A stretch of 64,000 bases of DNA from the human T2T-CHM13v2.0 reference genome, Homo sapiens: the NCBI GenBank assembly GCA_009914755.4, contig CP068257.2:24896001-24960000 (forward strand). The letters run 5' to 3'. Positions 29,212 to 44,183 of this stretch are shown in pieces. The position numbers and the translations under genes were made by a program. The stretch's first letter is position 1, and every line of letters starts with the position of its first letter. Below the pieces are notes generated by a model. That model had not been told where the DNA came from, searched no databases, and saw only the letters and a program-made list of their open reading frames with translations.

Positions 29212-30451
29212 TCAATCAATAGAAGGTTTAGTGGCATATATAATACCAAAAAGGAATAATTTCAAAATGATGTATATTTTTCCATGATAGTGCATTGTAT
29301 GCTTTTCATTTGGTGACTTTTTTTACCTGTATAATTACAGTTTGCATATGTGTGGTAACACAATGAGTCTGCATCCTGTAAATTCATCTGGATGAAAAGA
29401 TGATTGGTTATAGGAAGAAATCCCCATAGACAATTATTTTGTAAATAATGAAGAGTTTACTTAATGTCAGATTGAGGAATCAGTAAGATATAAAACAGTA
29501 CTATGTGAAGGGGGAAGAGTTATTTTCTGAATAAAGGATCAGAAATTACTATTTTTTCCATATATTTTGCTGCAAGAAAAATTATACTAAAAATGTTGGA
29601 TAAAAATTACTCTAGCTTTTAAGTATTCTTTATTCCACCTAAATGATTTATGTTTAACAAGCAAAGGTTGTCACTGACTTAGTCGTATAAGTTATGATGG
29701 ATATATAAGTTTCAGATACATGATTAGGAAAACATTAAGTACAGTCTGATAATTTATGTTGTACATTTAAGAGTCACAAAATAATCCATTTCCAGCTCAA
29801 TTCCTGAAGGTAATATTAATTATTATATAAATTATATAAAACTTTTGTTTCCCTATCAAAGCTATAACATTAAAAATACAAAATATTATATTTATGTCTG
29901 CACGTCCATGTAACTGATTTATCCAGAAAGGAAATTTTACATTGCTTTTAAATCACTTCCCTGCTAAGATGATACTTTACAAAGAGATGTGATTAAAAGG
30001 CAGCAAAGTTCAGTCACCATTAACAATTATGCGTGGCTTTTGTGGAACAAATGGAAAAGTTCGTATTTTCTTCTCCTCAATTTTATTTTTACATTACAGA
30101 TTGTCAAACATGACCCTTGAGGCTTACCTCTGGATTGTGGTATGAAGGAATGAAAGCGAAAAATAATTACCTTTGTGAGATTCAGTAAGTACTTAAGTCC
30201 ACTTTTAAAATTTGAAAACAGAAACAAAATCTAACGATTTAGACACAAGGGAGAAGCCAATATATTGACAATAGATGCTTTTTGCAGAGTACAACAGACT
30301 TTTAAAGGCTATTTATTTTACAGTTTTCTTGGTGAATTTCCATAGCTCTCATTTTTAGTGCTGTTTAATTTATTCAAATATTTAGACTGGTCAGTTATCC
30401 CAAGGGCTTAGTGGGGATGTTTTGCTTCATGTTCTTAAAAGCCATTCAATG

Positions 30452-31771
30452 TACGCCTACAGCCATCTGATCTTTGACAAAGTCAGCAAAAATAAGCAAT
30501 GGGGAAAGGACTCCCTACTCAATAAATGGTGTTGGATAACCAGTTGGCCATACACAGAAGAATGAAACTGGACTCCTATCTTTTACCACATACAAAAATT
30601 AACTGAAAATGGATTAAAGATTTAAATGAAAGACCTCAAACTATAAGACTCCTAGAAGAAAAGCTAGGAAGCACCGTTCCTGACATCAGCCTTGGGAAGG
30701 AATTTATAACTAAGTCCTCAATAGCAATTGCAACAAAAGCAATTGACAAGCGGGATTTAATTAAACTAAAGAGCTTCTGCACAGCAAAATAAACTATCAA
30801 CAGAGTAAACAATCTACAGAATGGGAGAAAATATGTGTAAGCTATGCATCTGACAAAAGCCTAATATCCAGAATCTATAAGGAGGTTAAATAATTGAACA
30901 AACAAAAACCAAATAATCTCATTAAAAAATGGGCAAAGGACATCAACCAGACACTTCTCAAAAGAAGACATACAAGCAGCCAACAAACACAACAAAAAAA
31001 TGTTCAACAAGTCACCAATCATCAGAGAAATGCAAATCAAAACAGAGGGCTATTATTGAAAAGTCAAAAAAGCAACAGATGCTGGTGAGCCTGTGGAGAA
31101 AAGGGAATACTTATACACTGCTATTGGAAATGTAAATTAGTTCAACCACTGTGGAAAGCAGTTGGGAGATTTCTCAAAGAACTTAAATCAAAACTACCAT
31201 TTGCCTCAGTGATCCCATTGCTGGGGTATCTATCTAAAGGGAAATAAATCATTCTATCAAAAAGACAAATGCAGTTGTACATTCGTCACAGCACTATTCA
31301 AAATAGTAAAGAGACTGATTCATCCCAAGTGTTCATTAATAGTGGACTCAGTAAAGAAAATGTGGTACATACACACCGTGGAATACTATGCAGCCAGAAA
31401 AAAAAAAGAATAAAATCATGTCCTTTGCAGCAACATGGATGAAACTGGAGGCCATCATCCTATGCAAATTAATTCAGGAACAGAAAACCAAATACCGCAT
31501 GTTCTCACTTACAAGTGGGAGCTAAACACTGGGTACTCACGGACATAAAGATGGCAACAACAGATGCTGGGGACTTCTAGAGCAGGGAGGAAAGGGAGTG
31601 GGGAGGGTTGAAAAACTAACTATTGGGTACTGTATTCAATACCTGGGTGACGGGATCCATTGTACCTCAAACCTCAGCATCACAAAATATACCCAGGTAA
31701 CAAATCTGCACATGTACTCCCTGAGTCTAAAATTAAAGAAGTTGAAATTATCAAAAAATAAATAAATAAAA
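30452..31771 (+). mobile_element. L1 3' fragment (ORF2 C-terminal region plus 3'UTR), primate L1P-type, located in CYYR1 intron 1.
   Basis: Close match to L1 ORF2/3'UTR text: ccatctgatctttgacaaagtcagcaaaaataagcaatggggaaaggactccctactcaataaatggtg..., aaatgcaaatcaaaacagag..., ccaaataccgcatgttctcacttacaagtgggagctaaacactgg..., and cagcatcacaaaatatacccaggtaacaaatctgcacatgtactccctgagtctaaaattaaag. Confidence 0.9.
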
Positions 31772-33658
31772 GCCATTCTGATTGTGAGAGAGCTAATGTC
31801 CCCACTATTCCGTCAGAGTAGGACAACCAATGTGTAAGTAACGTCATGGGTGCCTTTTGAACCATGTCCAGGACAGTGACATCTTATTAAACTCGCCATC
31901 AATATCGAAGATTCAATTGCTACCGTTGCATTCCGGTGACTACTTTTATAAAGACATGGTGTTATCAAAATATTTTGAGCCAACGTTACAGGAAACCAAG
32001 CCCAAAATGTTGTAGCCAAGAAGCTGGATTATACCTGCAGCAAACATCTGGATCATGTTACACACTGGTCATTGTTTTTATGGCATTTTCCAGTGCTCTT
32101 GTCTACTTCCCAGAATTAAACTACCCAAAAGGGGAGATTTAACAGAATGGCAAATACATTTACAATCACAACCTCTCCAAAATGAAATTTCAACCACACT
32201 TCAAAGCCTTTTTTATGTTGGTTGCTTTCTCTGGGATATTTGAGAATAATTTGACAAAGATCAGTGTTTGCGCCATACAGGAGCTTTTTCTCACTGGAGA
32301 AAGAACAGATCATTCCAATTTGTCTTCAGAAGATAAATAATATTACTTCTAATGTCCAAGTTAGTATCCCTGAAAATCAGCCAACTTAAACTTTCTTCAA
32401 TGACTTTTTGCTGAAAGGTGTGGTCTGGAAGAAGGTTCCCCAACTCACCCCTGACTCCCAACTCACCCTGCCTCCCACCTTAAGGAATGCGCAGAACAGG
32501 AAAAGCAGTATCTGGCTTGAAGCACTTGCTTAGAAATGGCCCTTGCAAGCTATAGCTAAGATAAGAGAGGAAGGAAAGGGAGGAGACAGAAGTTACTGGC
32601 TGAGGCCCGGAAGGTAAAACCTTGACCGAATCCTGTCTTTGTAGCCTGCAGTGGGAGTCAGACAATAATATCAACACTTCACTGGGTCTCCTTCCAAAAG
32701 TAACTCTATAGTACAACATGATGCTTCAGGTATAGAAACCTTGCTCTTATTTGTTTAGCCAAATGAAATGTGAATCTAATGCATTTGCTTTGGGGAAAAT
32801 AATTTAGATTATGAGCAGTGCATCTACTTAGATTTTTGTCCCACAAAGCTGGCAATTCATTTAATAGTATGAACTATTTTGACTTCTGTGGTGTTCCAGC
32901 ATCTAACCTCAACCCTTACTTCTAGCCATACCTCTTAGTTCCAACCAAACTGAAATATCCTTTGTTGCATGTACAGATCTTGATTTTTGACTTTGATCAC
33001 ACGATATCCTACTATATCCCACTCCGTCTCGTTGGGTTCAGGGCGTCTATATTTTTCAAAGGTCTAGTTCCTTCAAGTCTTCTTCAATTCAGTTTTCCTG
33101 AGCAAATACTGATTGATCTTTTTGCTGAACAAAATAGACATTGTCCTCATGAAGCTTACTCTTTTAAGCCAGCAGTAAGACTTTCTTCTTTGAACATCTA
33201 TAGCACGTGATTTTACCTCTCCTATGACACAACCTTTTATACCTTAAAGTAACTTATGATCATACCGTAGTTCCCAGAGAAGACTGATAAGAACATGACC
33301 TCTTACGGCTCAACATACCTCACTCAGTAAGTAATAGTTGAATGAATATGAAAAGCATAAAAAGGCCTCTGAATAACAAGTCCAGGAATTGACACCAAAG
33401 AGCTTATTAGCTAAACACTTCTTAGCAAAGATAGTAAGTCAACTTAGCACTGGCTTACAACTACTTTGTAGCTTATGATAGAGGGATTCCAAAGAAGAGA
33501 AATGAATGGACTGAAAACTTTCTAAACTAACCACCCTTGTTGCTGGCCAGCTTCGCTGATTTCCTGAGCCCTGAGGAGCTGGGCACCTAGCACTGGGGAA
33601 ACAGGAGGAGGGGGCAGATGTGTAAAGCAGAAGCTTTCAGTTTACCACAGGGAATATA

Positions 33659-33684
33659 ATAAACAAACAAACAAACAAACAAAA
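33659..33684. repeat. (AAAC)n microsatellite.
   Basis: Direct reading of the sequence. Confidence 0.9.
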
Positions 33685-34839
33685 TTGTGGTTCAATGGAG
33701 TGGTTGAATAAGTGTGAGTGAAAGTATTAAATATTGTCGAGCAGAGGAAGTGAAAAGCATAATTACTTCGAAAGAACTAATAAAGAGATTTTTTCAATAG
33801 AAAATGAATATTAATGCAGTTGACTCTGTTAATCCCTCAAATTCTGAAAACCTTATACAAATTTAATAAAAGAAATAAATGTTGTAAACAGATTAAATGT
33901 AATTCTCTTCATTAAATACGAAGAACTTATCCTACTTTTATGAATTTTCATATTAGAAAGTCAGCATTTTTCCTGCCATAAAACATCTTTAAAATGGTAA
34001 CTCCTAGACAGCCACTAATTTGCATTTCAATAAACAGGCTAAAAATGTCTACAGAAGTTATGGTGACTCTTTTCTAGCAAGGTTGAATGAGAAATTCAAT
34101 TCTTTTAATACTCAGGTGCAACACTGAAGAACATCATTTCAGTTGCAATATCTTTTTGAGTATCAAAGGTAAATTTCAGTGCTATATATACATTTCGTAT
34201 TGGAGGCTCAGGGGTGAGCCTGCGATTTTTGTCATAGGACGTTAGAGACACAAAAACATTTTACAAAGAACTTTGCTTTTAGCTTGCATTGTTTTGTGAA
34301 TATGAACTGATGCAAAGACCACGTGTGTAAGACACTTTATACCTGAATAACCAATGAAAGGCCATTTGGGGCTCCATATTAATCACAAACAAGAAAACCC
34401 ACTTTGCTTCGTTAATTATTAGCAGTTCTTACTACGAATAATTAGAAGGGAAACCAGATGCCCTTCTCTTATAAACAAGTGTCTATCTAAATCAACGAAC
34501 CTGTACAGATTAGACCCTGGGTGAATTCATGCTTCTCAAAAACCTTGTGTTTGACTTCAGTCCAATAGCTCAGTCTACCACACTTGTGAATCTCCCAAAG
34601 AACGAAAACAAAGCTCTAAGTTTTTTTTATTCACAAGAGGGAAAACCAGGACTATTTAGAAAGCAGAAGATGGAGAGGCCACTGCCTAGCCTATCCAGAT
34701 AAGTTTATTTGGATATAGTTTACTCTATCCAGAGAGTCAAATCCCCTAAACACGAGACTGCTATTTCCAAGGTGGAAAGGGAAAGAAAAGAAATGCAAAA
34801 GGTAAAAGTTAAAGGAAAAGGAACAAAACAAAACCGCGT

Positions 34840-35620
<781 letters not shown>

Positions 35621-38136
35621 TTATCTTTAAACAAAGGGAAGGAATTTTCAGGGTTGAAGGTATTCGACAAAGAGTGACAGTGAAGAAAACTCAGGATTGG
35701 GAAGTACAGAAAGTGTATGGCATCTCTGCTGAAAGCTGATAAAATGTTTATTATTTTTTCCTGTAAATTCAGAAAAAAAAAACACAACAGTGCACACTGT
35801 CGTTATGATTTTGACGTTTTGGAGTTACTGGCCTATGCAATTAAACAAGAGAAAGAAAAAGATTTATGAAAAATGAAAGCTAAATTGTCATTAGCAAATG
35901 AAATACGTGTATACATGGAAAATCAAAGTTAATCAACTATAAAGCTCTTGTTTAGCAAACCAATAGTTTTCTTTCCTGCAAACAAAAATCAGAAAGTTCT
36001 CAATGTTATGCATGAAGGAAAAAAAATGATACGAATAAGTAAAGAGATACTTTTTTCACTAAGAAAATTTAGTAGGATAAAGACAACAAGATTCCCCAAA
36101 TTATTATATACATTTGGAAATAAAATTGATCCCAATTTTTAAAATAACATGATTTTTTTCAAACCAATCTGATTCTAAAGTTTATATGGAAAATAAATAT
36201 GTAAGAATATCTATTTAAAACAAGAGTAATGAATGGGAATAATGAATGGGATATTACATATAATATCACAATAATTAAAACAGTTTAGATTAACATTGGA
36301 ATAGATAGGCTTAGTGAAAGAGAAAAGGTAACCCAAAAGTAGACATGAGTATGTACAGCAATTTAATTTATGGTTTAAAGAAATATCAATGTAAAGTAGT
36401 AGGGGAAATGATGAGTTACTCAGTGAAAAGTGTTGAGGCCGTAAATAGCCATCTGTGGAGCCTTATCTTTTTACATCAAAATCAGTTCTATATGAATTAC
36501 ATATTTAAGATACAACTATGAAAATATTAGATTAAAAAATAAGAGGATAACATTCAAATAATTGTGGAATAGGGAAGCCTTTTCTAAGCATTATAAAAAA
36601 CTCAGAAACCATAAAACAAAATATTGACCAACTTGACTAAATAAGAATTAATACTTCCAGTTGGCAGACATTTAACTGGCAAAAATATTTGCAATGCAAA
36701 GTCCTAATCTCATTATTATACTGAGCTTAAAAAAATCAATAGGAAAAACAACCAAGAGATAACTGAGGAAGGATATTAATAGACACTTCATACAAAACAA
36801 ATAAATATAAATATAGAAATAAAATTGACAGTGAGACATCACTTTTCATGTATCAAACCAACCAAATACAAAACCAAATGAACTCTTAAGGGAAACGGTG
36901 TGGTTATATGTACGAAAATTCAAATACACATGTACTTAATTTAGTCAGTTCTCTTCCAGGAATTTTTTCCTGTAAATGCAGTGCTGCAAGGGAATACGAG
37001 AGTGGGAGGAAACATCACCCCCAAAATAAACATAAGCTAAGCTCTTTACTGTGTTTTACACGTTGGTGAAGGCCCAACCATCCACCATGTTCTAAAGAAG
37101 GCTGATCAGTTCCACCTTTTTTCTCATCCTCGCTGGCCAATCTATCACCAAGTTCACCTAATCTGTCCACCTGAACACCACCCAAACGCATTTTAAATTA
37201 TCATCTATTTCTGTCCTAATCTAGACTTTTATAGTCTTGATTATATTCAGCCTCCCTGCCTTCAGAGATGTTTGCCAGACTGAAGCTGGAATATTTCTTC
37301 TTAAACTACAGATTTCATCATGTTCACTCACTCAGTAGCATCCTGTTGCCCTTAGGTTAAAATTCAAACATTTAATCCAGGGTGTTCAAGAACTTGTTCA
37401 CTAGGTCCTGTCATTCTTGTAGCCTGATCAAAACATTCCACTGGGAAGCACAATTTCTAAATAACTGGGACAATGGTTGGAACCTAGAGAAAATCCCAGG
37501 CATACAAGCCCTTTGAGTCTTGAAGGAAGAAGATACAGATGGAAGTCAGTGTTTGCAGAGCTGAAGAATGGTATCCAGCCTGCTTGGAATAGAAAAATGA
37601 TTGTCTTTGCAGATGAGACTGAATACAGATCCTTGATGGGCTGGTATCTGTGATAGAAGAAGGGGCTTCTCCCGCCCACTTTTTGACACAGATCAGGAAG
37701 AGGCTGGCTGTTGCCACTGAGGCCCATAGGAAGTTGCAGTGTTGGTCAGGATAGTCTCTTTCAGCTTACTTTTGAGAACAGAAAGACTTCTCATACAGTT
37801 CAACAGATTGGTCGAGCAAGCTTGCCTGCAAGTGTACCTTCCAGAGCTGCTACCTTGAAGTATGCTGATGCTCAGGAAACCAAACTCAATTGACATGGAA
37901 AGGCAAAGAAAGATGGCAAGCCATTTAAGAAATTGTGGTAGTTAAAAGAAAGGATTTGAAGGAAAAAAAGATGTATATACAAATATGTATGGAATGAGAA
38001 ACCTTAAGAATACAACATCAGAGGAACTAAAAGAGTTCCTGGAAATTAAAATAAATGTGGTTTGAGGTTTTAAAATTTACAGAAAAAAATTATAAAATAG
38101 TCACATTAAAAAAAAAAAACTTAGATTGTTAGATCA

Positions 38137-38440
38137 GGCCAGGCGCGGTGGATCACGCCTGTAATCCCAGCACTTTGGGAGGCCGAGGTGGGTATCACTT
38201 GAGGCTAAGAGTTCAAGAGCAGCCTAGCCAACATGGTGAAACTTCATCTGTACTAAAAATACAAAAAATTAACTGGGCGTGGTGGTGTGCACCAGTAGTC
38301 TCAGCTCTCAGCTATTCGGGTAGCTGAGGCAGGAGAATCAGGAGGTAGAGGTTACAGTGAGGTAAGATCATGCCACTGCACTCCAGAGTGAGACTCTGTC
38401 TCAAAAAAAGAAAAAAAAAATTGTTAGATCAAATAAGGAG
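38137..38440 (+). mobile_element. Alu SINE with an 11-bp TSD, ttgttagatca.
   Basis: The sequence ggccaggcgcggtggatcacgcctgtaatcccagcactttgggaggccgaggtgggtatcacttgaggctaagagttc... continues to poly-A. The 11-mer ttgttagatca occurs immediately before the Alu (38126-38136) and after it (38441-38451). Confidence 0.9.
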
Positions 38441-39869
38441 TATTTTTCATATAACAGAGGAAAAAAAACACAAAGAAATAGAAACCACGAATAAAAATAT
38501 AAAAACCCAAAGAATGGGAATAATGTGCAGGCTAATAGTTTCCAGAGAAACACAAAGTGAAAAAGCAAACGTCAAAGAAATAATGTTTTAAAATTCTGAG
38601 CTGTAATAAAATTTGAATTTTCATATTTAAAATGGTGAGTTAGTTCCGAGAAATTTTTTTTGAAAAGAAGCACAAATATGTACATATCTTAGAGACCAGT
38701 TTCAACAAGTATAAATTTAAAATCATATACATTTTCATATATAATTTTTATGTTTCCTTGAAAAAGAGAATCTGACAGGCATCAGATTTCTCATTTGCAA
38801 CCCTGGAATTGAAGAGGGTGAAACTATTTTTAACCCACTGAAAGATAAAGAATGCAATCCAAGAATCCTCTTCTAAATCAGATTTTATTAATATTTCTGA
38901 TCCACTATGACATCTAGAACAATGTTTATTACAATTTTAAAAAATAGTTTACATGTACAACAGAGGTAAAACAGTTAAGTAAATTAGGGTATATCCACAT
39001 TATGAACTCATATCTAATGTTTAAAATTGTTGAAAAGATCTTTAAGATATATAGTTAAATAAGAAATGGAATACAAAATGATCTCAACAGTGGAAAAATG
39101 CAGCTAATGTTTTCATCTTTTATTGAACTTTCTTTTTCCCCACTTTCTTCCTGGGTATCTCTTTTTTTTTAAAAAAAAAAGTACCTCTGAATGAGGTATA
39201 TGCTGAAATTTTAAATGCTTGAAGATGATTAAAAAGCTATAGGTGAAATATGACAAGTAAGTAGTTTTAACTTATAGTTTTATTTAGGACCAAAAAGTTA
39301 GAATAGGACAGGACTCCACAGATTGTCTAGGTCAGTTTCCCAGTTTCTTACGTAAGAAGACTAAGGCCAAATTACCAAGTCAGTTAGAGGCAGGCTAGAT
39401 CCCATGGCAAGAGGCCACATAGCAGATTTTGCCATGATGTGATAGAGTGTGTTCAAGTTTGATGATAATCCCCTTTTGAGTTCCCTGACCCACATTTCTC
39501 TCTTCCAATAATTTATTTCACCATAGAATCAAACGGATTAGTATAATGTCTTACAATTAATTACCTTTTAATAAATACAACAAAAACATTTTATGTACAC
39601 GCAAGGGCTCTACTTGTATCTGTTCTTCATCTTCATTTGACGACGTGTGAATGCCAAGGAAAAAAAAGTACTTATACAGAAACATGCAAAAACCCCAGAA
39701 GAAAACAAGAAGAAAAACCATGAAGAAAAGGGGAGATGATTTAAGTGTCGCATTTAAGGTGTGGAAGGAATATCAAATGTTTATTATGTACCAAGTCCAT
39801 TTCTAAGTTCTTTAAGTTTATTCATGAATACTCTCAAAATCTCAGTGAGGTAGATACTATTATTATCAC

Positions 39870-39965
39870 CTCTATTTGGATGAATACAGGTATTGAGACT
39901 GAGAGTGGTTAAGTAACTCTGCCCAAGGTCACACGTCTAACTGCCATGAGAGTGTGTCTCCAGAG
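39870..39965 (-). mobile_element. MIR core fragment.
   Basis: The sequence ggtattgagactgagagtggttaagtaactctgcccaaggtcacacgtctaactgcc resembles the MIR core. Confidence 0.6.
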
Positions 39966-40744
39966 CAGAGCTTCTGCCTGCACCCATCAAATGTAAACTG
40001 TTTTTCAAAATAGCTTTGCTTGGTTTTGACTATGTAAAAAACAGAAGATAATACGTTCCTATGACCTTTCTCAACAGCAATGTTTTTATTAGCATCAAAA
40101 ATGCTTTACTGAGGCACCTCCTCTGTGCAAGACCTAGCATCAAGTGTGGGATGGTTTGAGGAAATAACTTTCTTTTTAAAAAATGATTTCAACTTTTATT
40201 TTAGATTCAGTGGGTACATCTGCAGGTTTGTTAAATGGGTATATTGTATGGTGCTGAGGTTTGGGATATGGGAGATCCCATCGCCCAGATTGTAGTGAAC
40301 ATAGCACCCATATTCTTCATCCCTTCCTTCCGCCTTCTATAAGTCCCCAGAGTCCATTGTTGCCGGCTTTATGTTCATGAGCACCCAATATTTAGCTCCC
40401 ACTTATAAGTGAGACTATGTGCTGTTTGGTTTTCTATTCCTGCATTAATTCACCTTAAGTTATGGCCTCCAGAGACATCCATGTTGCTGCAAAGGACATG
40501 ATTTTGTTGTTTTTTTAATTTTTTATGGCTGTGTAGTATTCCGTGGTGTATAAGTTCCACATTTTCTTTTTCCAATCCTCCACTGAAGGGCACCTACGTT
40601 TATTTCATGTCTTTGCTATGGTGAATAATGCTGCAATGAACATATGGATGCATGTGTCTTTTGGTAAAATGGTTTATTTTCTTCTGGCTTGGATATATTC
40701 CCAGCAATGGGATTGCTGGGTTAATGGTAGTTATGTTTTAAGTC

Positions 40745-41030
<286 letters not shown>

Positions 41031-42736
41031 TTATTTTTTAATTCCTTTGAGAAATCTCCAAATTGCTTTCCACAGGGACTGAACTAATTTCATTACCATC
41101 GACAGTGTATAAGTGTTCCTTTTTCTCTGCAGTCTCATCAGCATCTGTTGTTTTTTGATTTTTCAGTAATAGCCCTTCTGACTGGTGTAAGATGATATCT
41201 CATTATGGTGTTGACTTGCGTTCCTGTGATGGTTAGTGACGTTGAGCATTTTTTATATGCTTGTTTGCTGCTTGTATGTCATCTTTTGAGAAGTGTCTGT
41301 TCATGTCTTCTGCATATGGCTAGCCAGTTATCCCAGCCCCATATATTGAATAGGGAGTCATTTCCCCATTGCCTATTTGTGTTGACTTTGTCAACGATCA
41401 GATGGCTGTAGCTATGCAGCTTTATTTCTGGGTTCTCTATTCTGTTTCATTAGTCTATCTGTCTGTCTTTGTACCAGTACCATGCTGTTTTGGCTACTGG
41501 TAGCCTTATAGTATAGTTTGAAGTTCGGTAATATGAGGCCTCTGGCTTTGTTCTTTTTGCTTAGAATTATTTTGGTTGTTTGGGTTCTTTTTTGGTTCCA
41601 AATGAATTTGACAATAGTTTCTTTCTAATTCTGCAAAAAATGACATTGGTAGTTTGATAGAAATAGGATTGAATCTGCAGATTGTTTTCAGCAGAATGGT
41701 CATTTTAACGGTATTGAGTCTTCCAATCCATGAACATAGAATGTGTTCCCATTTGCTTGTGTCATCTATGATTTCTTTCAGCAATGTTTTGTAGTTCTCC
41801 TTGTAGAGATTCTTCACCTCCTTGGTTAGATGTATTCCTAGGTATTTTATTCCTTTTGTCACTATGGTAATTTGGATTATGTTCTTGATTTGGCTCTCAG
41901 CTTGAACTTAATTGGTGTACAGAAATGCTACTGATTTTCATACCTTGATTTTGTATCCTGAAACTTTACTGAAGTCATTTGTCAGTTAGTTCTAGGAACC
42001 TTTTGATGGAGTCTTTAGGCTTTTTAAAGTATAGAATCATATCATCAGTGAAAAGAGATAATTTGACTTCTTCTTCTTCTCTTTGGATGCCTTTTATTTC
42101 TTTCTCTTGCTTGATTGCTCTGGCAAGGACTTCCAGTACTATGTTAGATAAGATTGGTGAGAATGGGCATCCTTGCCTTGTTCCAGTTCTCAAGGGGTAT
42201 GCTTCCAACTTTTGCCAATTCAGTGATATTGGCCATAGATTTGTTATAGATGGCTCTTACTTTGAGATATATTCCCTTGATCCCTAGTTTGTTGAGGGTT
42301 TTTATCACAAAGGGATGTTGGATTTCATTGAAGGTTTTTTTCACCCCTGTTGAGCTGATCATATGGTTTTTGTTTTTAATTCTGTTTATGCAGTGAATCA
42401 TATTTATTGATTTGCATACATAGACCCATCCTTGCTTCCCAGGAATGAAGCCTACTTGATTGTGGTGAATTAACTTTTTGATATGCTGCTCCATGTGGTT
42501 TGCTAGTATTTTGTTGTGGATTCTTGTGTCTATGTTCATCAGATATAGTGTGATCTATAGTTTTCTTTTTTCATTGTGTCTTTGCCTGGTTTTAGTATCA
42601 GGGTGATGTTGGCTTCATAGAATGAGTTAGGGAGGAGTCTCTCCTCCTGGATTTTTTTGAATTGTTTCAGTACAATTGGTACCAGCTCTTCTTTGCACAT
42701 CTGGTAGAATTTGGCTGTGAATTCATCTGGTCCAGG

Positions 42737-43100
42737 TGATATGGTTTGGCTGTTTCCCCACTCAAATCTCACTTTGAATTGTAATAATCCCGATGTGTCA
42801 AGGGCGGGTGGGGCCTAATGGAGATAATTGAATCACGGGGGCAGTTTTCCTTATACCATTCTCGTGGTAGTGAATAAGTCTCATGAGATCTGATGATTTT
42901 AGAAATGGGAGTTCCCATGCACAAGCTCTCTTGCCAGCTACCACATAAGACATGCTTTTGCTTCTCCTTTGCCTTCCACCGTGATTGTGAGACCCCACCC
43001 CCCAGCCATGTGGAACTGTGAGTCCATTAAACCTCTTTCTTTTATAAGTTACCCAGTCTTGGGTATGTCTTTATTAGCAGCGTGAGAATAGACTAATGCA
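42737..43100 (+). mobile_element. THE1-like (ERVL-MaLR) solo LTR nested in L1 ORF2 sequence. It is flanked by a 5-bp TSD, CCAGG.
   Basis: The sequence tgatatggtttggctgtttccccactcaaatctcactttgaattgtaataatccc...tgaatcacgggggcagttttcc...gtggtagtgaataagtctcatgagatctgatgattttagaaatgggagttccc...ccagccatgtggaactgtgagtccattaaacctctttcttttataagttacccagtcttgggtatgtctttattagcagcgtgagaatagactaatgca. The pentamer ccagg occurs at 42732-42736 and 43101-43105, and L1 sequence resumes on both sides. Confidence 0.85.
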
Positions 43101-43890
43101 CCAGGGGTTTTTTGTTTGTTTGGCAAATTTTTTATTACTGATTCAATTTCAGAACTTGATATAGGTGTGCTCAGGGTTTTGATTTCTTCCTAATTCAATC
43201 TTGGATGGTTGTGTGTTTCCAGAAGTTTATCCATTTTTGTTCATAATAGTCTCCGAGAATCTTTTGTATTTCTGTGAGATCAGTTGTAGTGTTACCTTTG
43301 TCATTTCTGATTGTGCTTATTTGGATCTTCTCTTTTTCTTTAACTTAGCTAGTGGTCTATTGATCTTATTTATCCTTTCAAAAAACCAACTTTTGGTTTC
43401 ATTGATTCTTTGTATGGATTTTTTGGTCTCAATTTCACTTAGTCCTGATCTAATTTTGGTTATTTCTTTTTCTTCTGCTAGCTTTGGGTTGGTTTGTTCT
43501 TGTTTTTCTAGTTCCTCTAGGTGTGATGTTAGATCGTTAATTCGAGATCGCTCTAACTTTTTGAGGTAGGTATTTGGTGCTATAAATGTTCCTCTTAGTG
43601 CTGCTTTTGCTGCATCCAGGAGATTTTGGTATGTAGTGTCTCTTTTTTCATTTGAAATAACCTTCTTTAAAGTTTCTTTGAAGATGGTTTTGATGAAATC
43701 ACAAAGTAACTATTGATTTAGCATTTTTTCTCCCACAACTCTATGTCACACAACAATAATCAACCATTAACAATGATTTTTTTAAATACAGTTTAGAAAA
43801 ATCATCTTCACATGTGTAATATACTTAATCATTCTAACAATCCTAAAATGTGCTGTATTACCATCGTTGTTACACTATGGTTGGAAGTAT

Positions 43891-44053
43891 CAGTCTGAAA
43901 GTTTAGTGTGCATCAGAATCACCTGCAGGGTGTGTTAAAATAGAGATCACCAGACCCTGTCCCTGATTCAGTTGGCACCAAATAATTTGCATTTCTAATA
44001 AGTTATCAGTTGATGCAGATGCTGCTGGCCAAGTACCGTAATGAGAACCACTG
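43891..44053. mobile_element. MER5-family-like non-autonomous hAT (Charlie) element, ending with the terminal motif ...gagaaccactg.
   Basis: The sequence gcatcagaatcacctgcagggtgtgttaaaatagagatcacc...ctgattcagttggcacc...aatttgcatttctaataagttatcagttgatgcagatgctgctggcc...gagaaccactg matches my recollection of the MER5 consensus (gaatcacctggagggcttgttaaaacacagattgctggg...gagaatttgcatttctaacaagttcccaggtgatgctgatgctgctggtcc...gagaaccactg). The family name comes from memory. Confidence 0.5.
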
Positions 44054-44137
44054 ATTTAGAAAATTCTGACTTTAGGAATATTATCCCTTGTCTCTAGCTA
44101 CTGCTAAGAGGAAAAAGCAACTTTTAAATCCAGGTAT

Positions 44138-44140
44138 TAC

Positions 44141-44183
<43 letters not shown>
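44138..44183. repeat. (TTTA)n microsatellite, ~11 units.
   Basis: Direct reading of the sequence. Confidence 0.95.

Noticed and set aside
41506-42772. Minus-strand ORFs with clear reverse-transcriptase similarity.
   Set aside because: They are fragments of a 5'-truncated L1 ORF2 interrupted by stops, an Alu and a THE1 LTR. It is a dead retrotransposon, not a host gene and not a novel RT system.
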